Positions 38,729 through 47,883 are shown, numbered from the stretch's first letter. The stretch: DNA of 61,650 nucleotides from Oscillospiraceae bacterium (GCA_018110785.1 JAGBHD010000054.1:1-61650); one strand, 5' to 3'. Notes: generated by a model not told the origin, from the sequence alone. Numbers and translations are program-made.

Positions 38729-39383
38729 GAGAATTTACATTATTGCAGGGCATTACGGAAGCGGAAAAACAAATATAGCGGTAAACTTGGCGCTAAAGCT
38801 TAGAAAAGAGGGAAAAGAGGATAAAATTGCCGACCTTGATATAGTTAACCCCTATTTCAGAACTAAGGACAGCGCGGATGTTTTGGAAAAAGCGGGAATA
38901 GAGCTGATTTCTCCCCATTTTGCCAATACAAATGTTGATCTACCCGCTCTTCCGCCCGAAACCTATAGCATATTCCAGAATAAGAATTTTTCTGCAGTAA
39001 TAGATGTTGGCGGAGATGACAGAGGCGCCTATGCGCTAGGCAGATATGCTCCCTACATTTTGGAAGAAAATAATTTCGAAATGTGCTTCGTTGCAAATTT
39101 CTATAGACCTTTAACAAAAACGGCTGAAGAAGCGATAGAGGTAATGAGAGAAATTGAAGCCGCCTGCGGCATAAAATTTACTGCGATTATAAACAATTCC
39201 AATCTTGGTTCTGAGACTGCAAAAGAGGATATCTTAGCCTCTAACATTCAGGCTGAGCGGTTGAGAGAAATATCCTCTCTTCCGATACTTTTTAATTCGG
39301 TAAGAGCCGATATATCAGAGGAAATAGAAGACAGCTTTCCTCTTAATTTGCAGGAAAAATATTACGATATAAAGGAGAATTAG
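38721..39383 (+). CDS. SIMIBI/ParA-MinD-like P-loop NTPase associated with vor genes
   Basis: GHYGSGKT Walker A, ADLDIVNPYFR, DVGGD. Confidence 0.75.
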   Translation: MGKRIYIIAGHYGSGKTNIAVNLALKLRKEGKEDKIADLDIVNPYFRTKDSADVLEKAGIELISPHFANTNVDLPALPPETYSIFQNKNFSAVIDVGGDDRGAYALGRYAPYILEENNFEMCFVANFYRPLTKTAEEAIEVMREIEAACGIKFTAIINNSNLGSETAKEDILASNIQAERLREISSLPILFNSVRADISEEIEDSFPLNLQEKYYDIKEN

Positions 39384-39384
39384 T

Positions 39385-39591
39385 ATGGCAAAGGTTAGTT
39401 TTAAAACTGATATTTGCAAGGGCTGCGGACTTTGTGTTGACGCGTGTCCGAAAAAAATTATCGCTTTAGCGAAAGATAAATTAAATGCGAAAGGACATTC
39501 TCCCGCGATTATTACCGATCAGGATAAATGCATCGGTTGCGCTTTTTGCGCAACAATGTGTCCCGACTGTGTAATAACCGTTGAGAAATGA
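39385..39591 (+). CDS. 2x[4Fe-4S] ferredoxin (oxidoreductase delta subunit)
   Basis: [12 protein letters not shown] and [12 protein letters not shown]. Confidence 0.93.
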   Translation: MAKVSFKTDICKGCGLCVDACPKKIIALAKDKLNAKGHSPAIITDQDKCIGCAFCATMCPDCVITVEK

Positions 39592-39601
39592 GGTGTTGAA
39601 A

Positions 39602-40662
39602 ATGGCAGAAAAGGTTTTAATGAAAGGTAACGAAGCTATTGCGGAAGCGGCTATTAAAGCGGGCTGTCGCCATTATTTCGGTTATCCTATAACCCCTCAG
39701 ACAGAAATTGCGGCTTATATGGCAAAGCGTATGCCTAAAATCGGCGGTGTATTTCTACAGGCAGAAAGCGAGGTTTCTGCAATTAATATGGTTTACGGAG
39801 TTGCGGGAGCAGTTTCAGAGTTATGACCTCTTCTTCTTCCCCCGGTATTTCCTTAAAGCAAGAGGGTATTTCTTATATCGCAGGCGCAGATTTGCCCGCG
39901 CTTATCGTTAATGTTCAGCGTGGAGGCCCCGGCCTTGGCGGCATTCAGCCCTCTCAGTCGGACTATTTTCAGGCAACAAAGGGCGGCGGACACGGAGATT
40001 ACCATCTTATCGTTTTAGCCCCTGCTTCTGTTCAGGAAATGGCAGACCTTACAATTAAGGCTTTCGATTTATCCGAGAAATACAGAGTTCCTACAATGCT
40101 TTTAGCAGACGGAACTATGGGACAGATGATGGAGCCTGTTGAACTTCCTGAGATAGCTCCCAAAGAAAGCGAAAAGCCTTGGGCTGTAAGAGGAACAAAA
40201 ATGGAGAGAGAACATAATATTATAAACTCTCTTTATTTAAAACCCGAAATTTTAGAGAAAACAAACTTCGAAAGATTCGAGAGATACAAGGCTATCGAAG
40301 AAAACGAAGCTATGTATGAAGAATATATGATGGACGATGCTGAGATTTGCGTTGTTGCATTCGGTATTGCGGCGAGAGTTTCCAAAAACGCAGTTACTGC
40401 GGCTCGCAAAAAAGGCATCAAGGTAGGACTTATAAGGCCTATAACCCTCTGGCCTTTCCCGAAAGAGGCTTTGAAGAAGGCGGCAGACAAGGTAAAAGGA
40501 TTTATCTCTGTTGAGCTTTCTATGGGCCAGATGATTGAGGATATAAAGCTTTCTACCGAATGCAAAAAGCCGGTAGAGCTTTGCAACCGCACAGGCGGTA
40601 TGATTCCTACCCCCGAAGAAGTTCTTGCTTCTATTGAAAAATTAGCAAAGGAGGCAAAATAG
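39602..40662 (+). CDS. vorB: 2-oxoacid (3-methyl-2-oxobutanoate):ferredoxin oxidoreductase alpha-type subunit; apparent 1-bp deletion at ~39812
   Basis: [23 protein letters not shown]. Adding one G at 39812 gives [14 protein letters not shown] and joins the 39823..40662 frame. Confidence 0.88.
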
Positions 40663-40663
40663 A

Positions 40664-41416
40664 ATGGTAGTATTTGAGAAACCGAAGGCATTAACCGATG
40701 CGCCTTTGCATTATTGCCCTGGCTGCACACACGGTATTATTCACCGATTAGTAGCAGAGGCTATTGATGAGCTCGGTGTAGAGGGAAAAACTGTTGGTGT
40801 TGCTCCTGTTGGATGCGCAGTTATGGCATATGATTATTTTGCCTGCGATATGGTAGAAGCGGCTCACGGAAGAGCCCCCGCTGTTGCAACAGGTCTTAAA
40901 AGAGCTATGCCCGAAAATATAATCTTTACATATCAAGGCGATGGAGATTTAGCTTCTATCGGTATGGCAGAAACTGTTCATGCCGCAACAAGAAACGAAA
41001 ATATAACAATTATTTTCGTTAACAATGCAATCTACGGTATGACAGGCGGTCAGATGGCTCCTACATCTCTCCCCGGTCAGGTAACCCAGACCTCTCCTTA
41101 CGGAAGAGACACAGCCGTTCAGGGATTTCCTATTAAGGTAAGCGAGATGCTTTCCGCTTTAGATGGTCCCGAATATATCGAGCGCGTTGCCGTTAATAAT
41201 GTTAAAAATGTTAAGAATGCTAAAAAGGCAATCTTAAAGGCATTTAAAAATCAGGTTGAGGGAAAAGGATTTTCTTTAATTGAGGTTGTTTCCTCCTGCC
41301 CTACAAACTGGGGTATGACTCCTTCTAAAGCTTTAGAGTGGGTAGAAGAAAAAATGATTCCCTATTATCCTCTCGGCGTTTATAAAGATAAGAGCGCTGA
41401 AAAGAAGGAGGACTAA
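40664..41416 (+). CDS. 2-oxoacid:ferredoxin oxidoreductase beta (TPP-binding) subunit
   Basis: YCPGCTHG, HGRAPA, QGDGDLASIG...NNAIYGMTGGQ, CPTNW. Confidence 0.92.
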   Translation: MVVFEKPKALTDAPLHYCPGCTHGIIHRLVAEAIDELGVEGKTVGVAPVGCAVMAYDYFACDMVEAAHGRAPAVATGLKRAMPENIIFTYQGDGDLASIGMAETVHAATRNENITIIFVNNAIYGMTGGQMAPTSLPGQVTQTSPYGRDTAVQGFPIKVSEMLSALDGPEYIERVAVNNVKNVKNAKKAILKAFKNQVEGKGFSLIEVVSSCPTNWGMTPSKALEWVEEKMIPYYPLGVYKDKSAEKKED

Positions 41417-41418
41417 TC

Positions 41419-41949
41419 ATGACAACACAGATTTTAATCGCAGGCTTCGGCGGACAGGGCGTTTTATTCGCAGGAAAGTTTATAGCGTATAAAGGTCTTA
41501 TCGAGAATAAGGAGGTTAGCTGGCTCCCGTCATACGGACCTGAAATGCGCGGCGGAACGGCTAACTGCAGTATTATTATAAGCGATGAGCCTGTAGGCTC
41601 GCCTATCGTATCTAACCCTGATGTTCTTATCGCGATGAATTTACCCTCTTTGGATAAATATGAAAAGGAAGCAAAACCCGGCTCTTTGATTTTTGTTGAC
41701 AGTACTCTTATTGAGCGCAAGGTAGAAAGAGGAGATGTTAAAGCCTTCTATATCCCCGCAACAAAAATGGCTATGGATGCAGGAATTCCTACTTTAGCTA
41801 ATATGATAATTGTAGGAAAGGTTTTGAAAGAAACCGAAGGACTTTCCAAAGATAATCTTGAAGAGGCTATGAAAAAGGTTGTTTCGGCAAAGAGAATAGA
41901 GCTTTTAGATATGAACATCAAGGCTATTGAAGCAGGATATAATTATTAA
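41419..41949 (+). CDS. 2-oxoacid:ferredoxin oxidoreductase gamma subunit
   Basis: AGFGGQG, SYGPEMRGGTA. Confidence 0.92.
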   Translation: MTTQILIAGFGGQGVLFAGKFIAYKGLIENKEVSWLPSYGPEMRGGTANCSIIISDEPVGSPIVSNPDVLIAMNLPSLDKYEKEAKPGSLIFVDSTLIERKVERGDVKAFYIPATKMAMDAGIPTLANMIIVGKVLKETEGLSKDNLEEAMKKVVSAKRIELLDMNIKAIEAGYNY

Positions 41950-41984
41950 AACAAAAGAGATGGCTTGCCATCTCTTTTGTTTTT
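41948..41984 (+). terminator. Intrinsic terminator ending the branched-chain cluster
   Basis: AAAACAAAAGAGATGGC-TT-GCCATCTCTTTTGTTTT. Confidence 0.9.
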
Positions 41985-42109
41985 GTGAATAATTTTTGAA
42001 AAGATTTTTAAAAAGTGGATTTTTTAATAAATATATGATATATTTAGAAAAAGGAAAAGTCGGTTCAAAAACGCTTTTAATTTTATATCATCAGAGGGTG
42101 TTTTTTTAG

Positions 42110-43039
42110 ATGCGAGGATACAAGAAAAAAGCTTTAATAATTTTAAACCCAAAAGCGGGGCAAAAGAAAGCTAACCGCCTTTTAACCGATATTATCTCGG
42201 AACTTCAAAAGGGCGGATATATCTGCACACCCGTTGTAACAACTGCCTCAAAGGAAGGTGAGGATATTGCTGCTTCTTTGGCGAAAGATTATGATACAGT
42301 TATCGCAGTTGGCGGGGACGGCACCTTTAATGAGGTAGTTTCGGGAGTAATTAAATCGGGCGCCGAAGTTTCGATAGGATATATTCCTGCGGGAAGCACA
42401 AATGATTTTGCCGCCGCATTGAAGCTTTCCTCTTCGCCTGTTTCAGCCGCTAAAGCTATTGCGGCAGGGAACATAAGAAAACTTGATGTTGGAAGCTTTA
42501 ATGACAGGATTTTTACCTATGTTGCATCATTTGGCGCATTTACGGAAGCTTCTTATACAACACCTCAAGAATTAAAGAATGCATTGGGACATCTTGCTTA
42601 TATAATAGAGGGTACTAAGGACATTTGGAGCATAAAAAGCTATAAGCTAAAGGTTGAAACCGATAAAAAAACCTTTGAGGGGGATTATATATTCGGAGCG
42701 GTAAGCAATTCAACCTCTTTGGGCGGTCTTTTGAAAATAAATCCTAATATCGTTGATATGAACGATGGGCTTTTGGAGCTTCTTTTTATTAAAAAGCCTG
42801 AAAATCTTAATGATTTAGGCCAGATAATAACCGCTCTTAATACAATGAAATATAATAGCCCTATGATAGATTTTTGCTCGACACACAAAGCGGTTATTTA
42901 TGCCGATAAGAAGATGAATTGGACCTTAGACGGAGAAAGGGCAGAGGGTAAGGAAATAATAGAGGTAAAAAATATTAAGGATAAAATTGATATTATTGCT
43001 TCGTCTGTCGGAGCAAAAAAAGGAAAAGAACGAAAATGA
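42110..43039 (+). CDS. Diacylglycerol/lipid kinase family protein (YegS/BmrU)
   Basis: NPKAG, GGDGTFNEV, IPAGSTNDF, LDGE. Confidence 0.88.
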   Translation: MRGYKKKALIILNPKAGQKKANRLLTDIISELQKGGYICTPVVTTASKEGEDIAASLAKDYDTVIAVGGDGTFNEVVSGVIKSGAEVSIGYIPAGSTNDFAAALKLSSSPVSAAKAIAAGNIRKLDVGSFNDRIFTYVASFGAFTEASYTTPQELKNALGHLAYIIEGTKDIWSIKSYKLKVETDKKTFEGDYIFGAVSNSTSLGGLLKINPNIVDMNDGLLELLFIKKPENLNDLGQIITALNTMKYNSPMIDFCSTHKAVIYADKKMNWTLDGERAEGKEIIEVKNIKDKIDIIASSVGAKKGKERK

Positions 43040-43980
43040 AAACAAAGCTGTTTATAGTTGTTCCTGTTTATAATGAAGAGGCGGTTTTGCGCGCATCTGC
43101 GGCGGAGCTTGAAAGGGTTATTTTAAGTCTTTCGGAGAAAGAGAAAATCTCGAAAGACAGCGCGATAGTTTTTGTAAACGACGGCTCAACAGATAGTTCT
43201 TTAGAAATAATTAAAGAGCTTTCAGAAAAAGAGCATTTCCGCGGAATTTCGCTCAGCTGCAACAAAGGACATCAGAACGCTCTTTTAGCAGGACTTGAAT
43301 ATGCTTTTGGGAAATGCGATGCGGTTATAACGATTGATGCCGATTTGCAGGATGATACAGCGGTTATCGAGGAAATGATAGATAAGCTGCAGTCGGGCAA
43401 GGATATCGTATATGGCGTAAGGAATGACCGAAGCGCCGATAGCTTCTTTAAAAGAACGAGCGCTGAGATGTTTTATAAGCTGATGCAGCATTTCGGCGCT
43501 AAAACCATTAATAACCATGCCGATTTCAGATTGTTATCCGCCCGCGCATTAGGTGAGCTTTTAAAATATAAGGAGAGAAATATTTATCTCCGCGGAATGG
43601 TGCCCTTGATAGGGCTTCCCTCTGATAATGTTTATTATAAGCGCAAAGAGAGGTCGGCAGGAGAATCGAAATATCCTTTCGGAAAAATGTTTTCCTTTGC
43701 GGCTGAGGGGATAACCTCATTTTCTATAAAGCCGCTAAGACTTATAACCTGGATGGGGCTTTTGGTTTTCTTAGCAAGTATTGCGATGATGATTTATGTA
43801 GTTATCAGATTTTTATCGGGAGCAACAGTTGCAGGCTGGGCAAGTATAGTTGTATCGGTTTGGGCGATTGGCGGCCTTTTATTGTTAGCCGTTGGGATTG
43901 TAGGCGAATATGTCGGCAAGATATATATAGAGGTTAAAAACCGTCCTTTATATGTAATAGAGGAAATTTACGGCGAATAA
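43036..43980 (+). CDS. Family 2 glycosyltransferase, GtrB/CsbB-like
   Basis: VPVYNEE, VNDGSTD, GHQNALLAG, IDADLQD, DFRL, two C-terminal TMs, GEYVGKIY..RP.Y. Confidence 0.9.
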   Translation: MKTKLFIVVPVYNEEAVLRASAAELERVILSLSEKEKISKDSAIVFVNDGSTDSSLEIIKELSEKEHFRGISLSCNKGHQNALLAGLEYAFGKCDAVITIDADLQDDTAVIEEMIDKLQSGKDIVYGVRNDRSADSFFKRTSAEMFYKLMQHFGAKTINNHADFRLLSARALGELLKYKERNIYLRGMVPLIGLPSDNVYYKRKERSAGESKYPFGKMFSFAAEGITSFSIKPLRLITWMGLLVFLASIAMMIYVVIRFLSGATVAGWASIVVSVWAIGGLLLLAVGIVGEYVGKIYIEVKNRPLYVIEEIYGE

Positions 43981-43993
43981 AATAGAAAAATGG

Positions 43994-44022
43994 TTGATTT
44001 TACTTTCAAATAATGCTAAAAT
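43994..44022 (+). promoter_or_regulatory. SigA promoter upstream of the riboswitch
   Basis: TTGATT-17 bp-TAAAAT with extended TG. Confidence 0.6.
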
Positions 44023-44033
44023 ATGAAATGTAA

Positions 44034-44168
44034 GTAAAAGGGAGTAGCTTGCAGGGAGATTTTCCTGTAATGTAAGGCGTCATCTCGGCGGAGCTTCCGT
44101 TCGCCTGCATTTTAAAAAGCAAGACTTTTACCGTACTTTTTTTATAAAGTATGGTAAAGGTCTTTTTT
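44034..44168 (+). promoter_or_regulatory. yybP-ykoY (Mn2+-sensing class) riboswitch with terminator expression platform
   Basis: AAAAGGGAGTAGC...GGCGTCATCTCGG...AGCAAGACTTTT matches the recalled yybP-ykoY P1/L1/L3 consensus. Competing terminator AGACTTTTACCGTACTTT/AAAGTATGGTAAAGGTCTTTTTT. Confidence 0.8.
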
Positions 44169-44201
44169 AATTCTCCTATAAAAGGAAAGGAATGTAAAAA
44201 A

Positions 44202-45296
44202 ATGGGTGTATTGCTTGAAACCATACAAACCCTCCAAATCGGTCAGGTTGCAATGTGGATAATCGGCGGAATTCTTATCTATCTTGCAATCAAAAAAGAT
44301 ATGGAGCCAACTCTTTTGTTGCCGATGGGCTTCGGCGCAATTTTGGTGAATTTGCCTGAATCGGGCGCAAAGGCTGTTATTGACCGCCTTTTTGAAATCG
44401 GCGTTGAAAACAACGAATTGATGCCGCTTATATTATTTATAGGTATCGGCGCGATGATAGATTTCGAGCCGCTTTTAACCAATCCTAAGCTTATGATATT
44501 CGGCGCGGCAGCGCAGTTTGGTATTTTCTTTACGCTTTCTTTGGCATCGCTTTTCGGATTCGAGCTTCACGATGCCGCATCTATCGCAATTATCGGCGCG
44601 GCTGACGGTCCTACCTCTATTTTCGTAGCTCAGCAGTTGAATTCCAACTATGTTGCGGCGATAATGGTTGCGGCTTATTCGTATATGGCATTAGTTCCGA
44701 TAGTTCAACCGCCTATCATAAAGCTCTGTACTACAAAGAAAGAGCGTATGATAAGAATGAAGAATGTTAACCGCAAGGTTTCCAAAACAACAAAGATTTT
44801 ATTCCCCATTGTTGTAACAATTATTGTAGGTTTAGTTGCTCCTGATGCGGTAGCTTTGATAGGATTCTTGATGTTCGGCAACCTTATTCGCGAATGCGGA
44901 GTTTTAAATTCGCTTTCCGAAACCGCTCAGAATGTTCTTGCAAACCTCATTACTATCTTCTTAGGTATAACAATTGCTTCAAGAATGGTAGCTGCAGAGT
45001 TCTTGCAGTTTGAAACTCTCTTAATAATGGGACTAGGTCTTGTTGCATTTATCTTCGATACCTTTGCAGGGGTTATGCTCGCAAAGATAATCAATATCTT
45101 CAGCAAAGAAAAGATCAATCCTATGATCGGTGCAACAGGTATTTCGGCATTCCCGATGTCTGCCAGAGTTGTTCATAAAATGGGCAGAGAGGAAGATCCT
45201 CAGAACTTCCTTTTAATGCATGCAATCGGCGTAAACGTTTCGGGCCAGATAGCATCGGTTATTGCCGGCGGCTTGATTTTAGCCTTTGTTGCTTAA
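44202..45296 (+). CDS. Na+-translocating decarboxylase beta-subunit family protein (OadB-like)
   Basis: EPTLLLPMGFG, GIGAMIDF, GAAAQFG, IIGAADGPT, AAYSYMAL, GISAFPMSAR. Start at ATG 44202. Confidence 0.9.
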   Translation: MGVLLETIQTLQIGQVAMWIIGGILIYLAIKKDMEPTLLLPMGFGAILVNLPESGAKAVIDRLFEIGVENNELMPLILFIGIGAMIDFEPLLTNPKLMIFGAAAQFGIFFTLSLASLFGFELHDAASIAIIGAADGPTSIFVAQQLNSNYVAAIMVAAYSYMALVPIVQPPIIKLCTTKKERMIRMKNVNRKVSKTTKILFPIVVTIIVGLVAPDAVALIGFLMFGNLIRECGVLNSLSETAQNVLANLITIFLGITIASRMVAAEFLQFETLLIMGLGLVAFIFDTFAGVMLAKIINIFSKEKINPMIGATGISAFPMSARVVHKMGREEDPQNFLLMHAIGVNVSGQIASVIAGGLILAFVA

Positions 45297-45309
45297 GGAG
45301 GATTATGTA

Positions 45310-45450
45310 ATGATAGATTTTGCAGCTTTTTTAAATTCGCTCCCTATTATGGGAAAAGGAATGCTTGGAATATTTATAGTAACAGGTGTTATAATCCTTA
45401 CAGTTTATTTACTTAACTACTTTACAAACAAAACTAAAAAAGAAGACTAA
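45310..45450 (+). CDS. Small OadG-related single-TM protein (46 aa, absent from the ORF track)
   Basis: MIDFAAFLNSLPIMGKGMLGIFIVTGVIILTVYLLNYFTNKTKKED*; RBS AGGAGG; GMxGIF pattern as in OadG transmembrane helices. Confidence 0.75.
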   Translation: MIDFAAFLNSLPIMGKGMLGIFIVTGVIILTVYLLNYFTNKTKKED

Positions 45451-45451
45451 T

Positions 45452-45487
45452 AAAAATAAGGCTGGGTTTTCCAGCCTTATTTTTTTA
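45452..45487. terminator. Bidirectional terminator
   Basis: AAAAATAAGGCTGG-GTTTT-CCAGCCTTATTTTT. Confidence 0.85.
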
Positions 45488-45734
45488 CCTTTAATGATTG
45501 ATATTTTGCTTTAGTAGCCTCTCCGCCTCTGATATGCCGCTGAGAGAGATTATATCCTAAAACCTTCCGAACGCCCTTATACAGCTGAGGGTCTATTTTT
45601 TTTAGCTTTTCGCTGACGTCCTTGTGAACGGTAGACTTCGAGATAGCAAACTTTGCCGCCGTTTCTCTTACGGTAGCTCCGGTCGAAACTATGTATTCCC
45701 CGAAAACCACCGCGCGTTCCTTTGAGCTTATCAT
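45477..45734 (-). CDS. spoIIID: Sporulation transcriptional regulator SpoIIID
   Basis: ATVRETA..F.ISKSTVHKD...RHIRGGEATK.KY. Confidence 0.93.
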   Translation of the reverse strand: MISSKERAVVFGEYIVSTGATVRETAAKFAISKSTVHKDVSEKLKKIDPQLYKGVRKVLGYNLSQRHIRGGEATKAKYQSLKVKK

Positions 45735-45818
45735 ATAAACACCCCTCCAAGTCTTAAAACATTAATATTCGAGGAAAGGGCGAAATATGAAGAAACTAAA
45801 GAAAATATTTGTCATCTA

Positions 45819-45863
45819 TTGACTTGAAAGGGCAAAGCATATATAATATGAGAGTAATTCTCA
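45819..45863 (+). promoter_or_regulatory. SigA promoter plus Fur-family 7-1-7 box
   Basis: TTGACT-17 bp-TATAAT; TGAGAGT-A-ATTCTCA at 45849-45863, spanning the likely +1. Confidence 0.7.
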
Positions 45864-45881
45864 AATTTGGAGGGGATTAAA

Positions 45882-46277
45882 ATGGGAGTTTATCAGACGA
45901 AGCAGAGGCTAAGGCTTATTTCGTTTTTGGAAAAGAATACCGATAGGCAGCTTTCGGCTTCCGAGATAGCTGACGGCGTTTGTGAGAACGGCAAGGGTAA
46001 ATCGACTGTTTTCAGGCAGATAAAATCCCTTTGCGAAGAGGGGAATTTACAGCGCTTTCGCGGAGAGGACGGCAAAAGCGTTCTTTATCAATACGGCGGC
46101 GGAAAATGCCATATGCATTTTCACTTAAAATGCGTAAACTGCGAGAGGATAATTCATCTCGATTGCGACCATATAGACCATTTAAAAAGCCATATAAAGG
46201 CGGAGCATGGATTTTTTGTTGATCCTGCAAAAACCGTTCTTTACGGGCTTTGCAGCAATTGCAAGGAGGCAAAATGA
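45882..46277 (+). CDS. Fur/Zur-family transcriptional regulator
   Basis: YQTKQR, STVFRQI, HMHFHLKCVNC, YGLCSNC. Confidence 0.88.
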   Translation: MGVYQTKQRLRLISFLEKNTDRQLSASEIADGVCENGKGKSTVFRQIKSLCEEGNLQRFRGEDGKSVLYQYGGGKCHMHFHLKCVNCERIIHLDCDHIDHLKSHIKAEHGFFVDPAKTVLYGLCSNCKEAK

Positions 46278-47194
46278 AAAAATTTTTAGCTTTAGTTTCG
46301 GCTTTTATTTTAATTTTCAGCTTTTCTAGCTGCGGTGCAAAGCATTCAGGGGAAGAAAAGCTTTCGATAGTTACTACGATATTTCCTGCCTACGATTTTG
46401 CGAGAGCTGTTGCGGGAGATAAAGCGGAGATTACGATGCTTATAAAGCCCGGCAGCGAGAGCCATACATACGAGCCTACCCCAAAAGAAGCGGCGAAGAT
46501 ATATGATGCCGATTTGTTTCTATATAACGGCGGCGAGGGCGAAAAATGGGCAGAGAACTTAATATCCTCTCTTTCGACAAAAAATGTTTTAACTATGATG
46601 GAATGCACAGAAACCTTAACCGAAGAGATAAAAGAGGGAATGGAGATCGACCACGGGGGCGAAGCCGAATTAGATGAGCATGTTTGGCTTTCTTTATCGG
46701 GAGCTCAGAAGATTATAGAAAAAATAGCTGAGCGCATATCGGAAATAGACCCCGAAAATGCTGACTATTATGAAAATAATGCAAAAAATTATATTTCAAA
46801 AATAAATGAGCTGAAAGAAGAGGCTAAAGAGGCAGTTTCTTTAGGAAAACGGAAAACGGTTATATTTGCCGACCGCTTCCCCGCGCGCTATTTTGCAAAT
46901 GAATTCTCTCTCGACTATTATGCGGCTTTCCCAGGCTGTTCCGAAGAGTCGGAGGCTTCTGCAAAGACGATGGCGTTTTTATGCGATAAGGTAGAAGAGC
47001 TTGGAATTCCCGCTGTATTTTATATAGAGTTTTCCAACCAAAAAACAGCAGATGCTGTTTGTGAGGCTACGGGGGCTAAGAAACTTTTATTTCATTCATG
47101 CCATAATGTATCGGCAGTTGATATGGAAGCGGGAATAACCTATATAGATTTGATGAGAAGCAATATTCAGAATATAAAGGAAGCGTTAGCTTAA
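46274..47194 (+). CDS. Zn/Mn ABC transporter substrate-binding lipoprotein (ZnuA/AdcA family)
   Basis: Lipobox FSSC, SHTYEPTP, DEHVWLS. Confidence 0.9.
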   Translation: MKKFLALVSAFILIFSFSSCGAKHSGEEKLSIVTTIFPAYDFARAVAGDKAEITMLIKPGSESHTYEPTPKEAAKIYDADLFLYNGGEGEKWAENLISSLSTKNVLTMMECTETLTEEIKEGMEIDHGGEAELDEHVWLSLSGAQKIIEKIAERISEIDPENADYYENNAKNYISKINELKEEAKEAVSLGKRKTVIFADRFPARYFANEFSLDYYAAFPGCSEESEASAKTMAFLCDKVEELGIPAVFYIEFSNQKTADAVCEATGAKKLLFHSCHNVSAVDMEAGITYIDLMRSNIQNIKEALA

Positions 47195-47883
47195 TGAATC
47201 TTTTAAAATGTGAAAACTTAAAAATGGGGTATGACGGCAAAGCTGTTTTCGAAGATTTAACCTTTTCTGTAGAGAAGGGGAGCTTTCTCTTTGTTCTCGG
47301 AGAAAACGGAAGCGGGAAAAGCACCCTCATAAAAGGTATATTAGGGCTTTTACACCCTATATCGGGAAAATTTCATTGGGAAGGCATATCTCGAAACGAG
47401 ATAGCCTATCTTTCCCAGACTACAGAGGTAAAAAAAGAATTTCCTGCCTCGGTAGGAGAAATAGTTTTATCGGGCAGACTTACCTCTAAGCGTTTTTCGC
47501 CTTTTTATTCTAAAAAGGATCGCGAGAAAGCAAAGGAAAGCATGAAATATATGTCGGTTGAAGATTTAGAGCATCGCAGTTTTTCTGAGCTTTCGGGAGG
47601 GCAGCAGCAGAGGGTATTGCTCGCGAGGGCGATTTCTGCTTCGGCGAGGGTTTTGGTTTTAGACGAGCCCTCTAAGGGACTTGACAGCAAGGTTACAGAA
47701 GAGCTTTATGAGCTGCTTTCCCATATGAACAAAAAACACGGTATAACTATTATTATGGTGTCCCATGATATGGCGGCGGCATTAAAATACGCCTCGCATA
47801 TACTTTCCCTTTCCGACGGAAGAAATAAATACGGCAAGACCGATGAGGTTTTATTTTCCTCTGAAAAGGAGGGCAAAAGATGA
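47194..47883 (+). CDS. Zn/Mn ABC transporter ATPase
   Basis: GENGSGKST, LSGGQQQR, LDEP, VSHD. Confidence 0.92.
   Translation: MNLLKCENLKMGYDGKAVFEDLTFSVEKGSFLFVLGENGSGKSTLIKGILGLLHPISGKFHWEGISRNEIAYLSQTTEVKKEFPASVGEIVLSGRLTSKRFSPFYSKKDREKAKESMKYMSVEDLEHRSFSELSGGQQQRVLLARAISASARVLVLDEPSKGLDSKVTEELYELLSHMNKKHGITIIMVSHDMAAALKYASHILSLSDGRNKYGKTDEVLFSSEKEGKR

Noticed and set aside
41983-42000. TTGTGAATAATTTTTGAA as a Rex site
   Set aside because: The right half-site has three mismatches and the left half overlaps the terminator tail.
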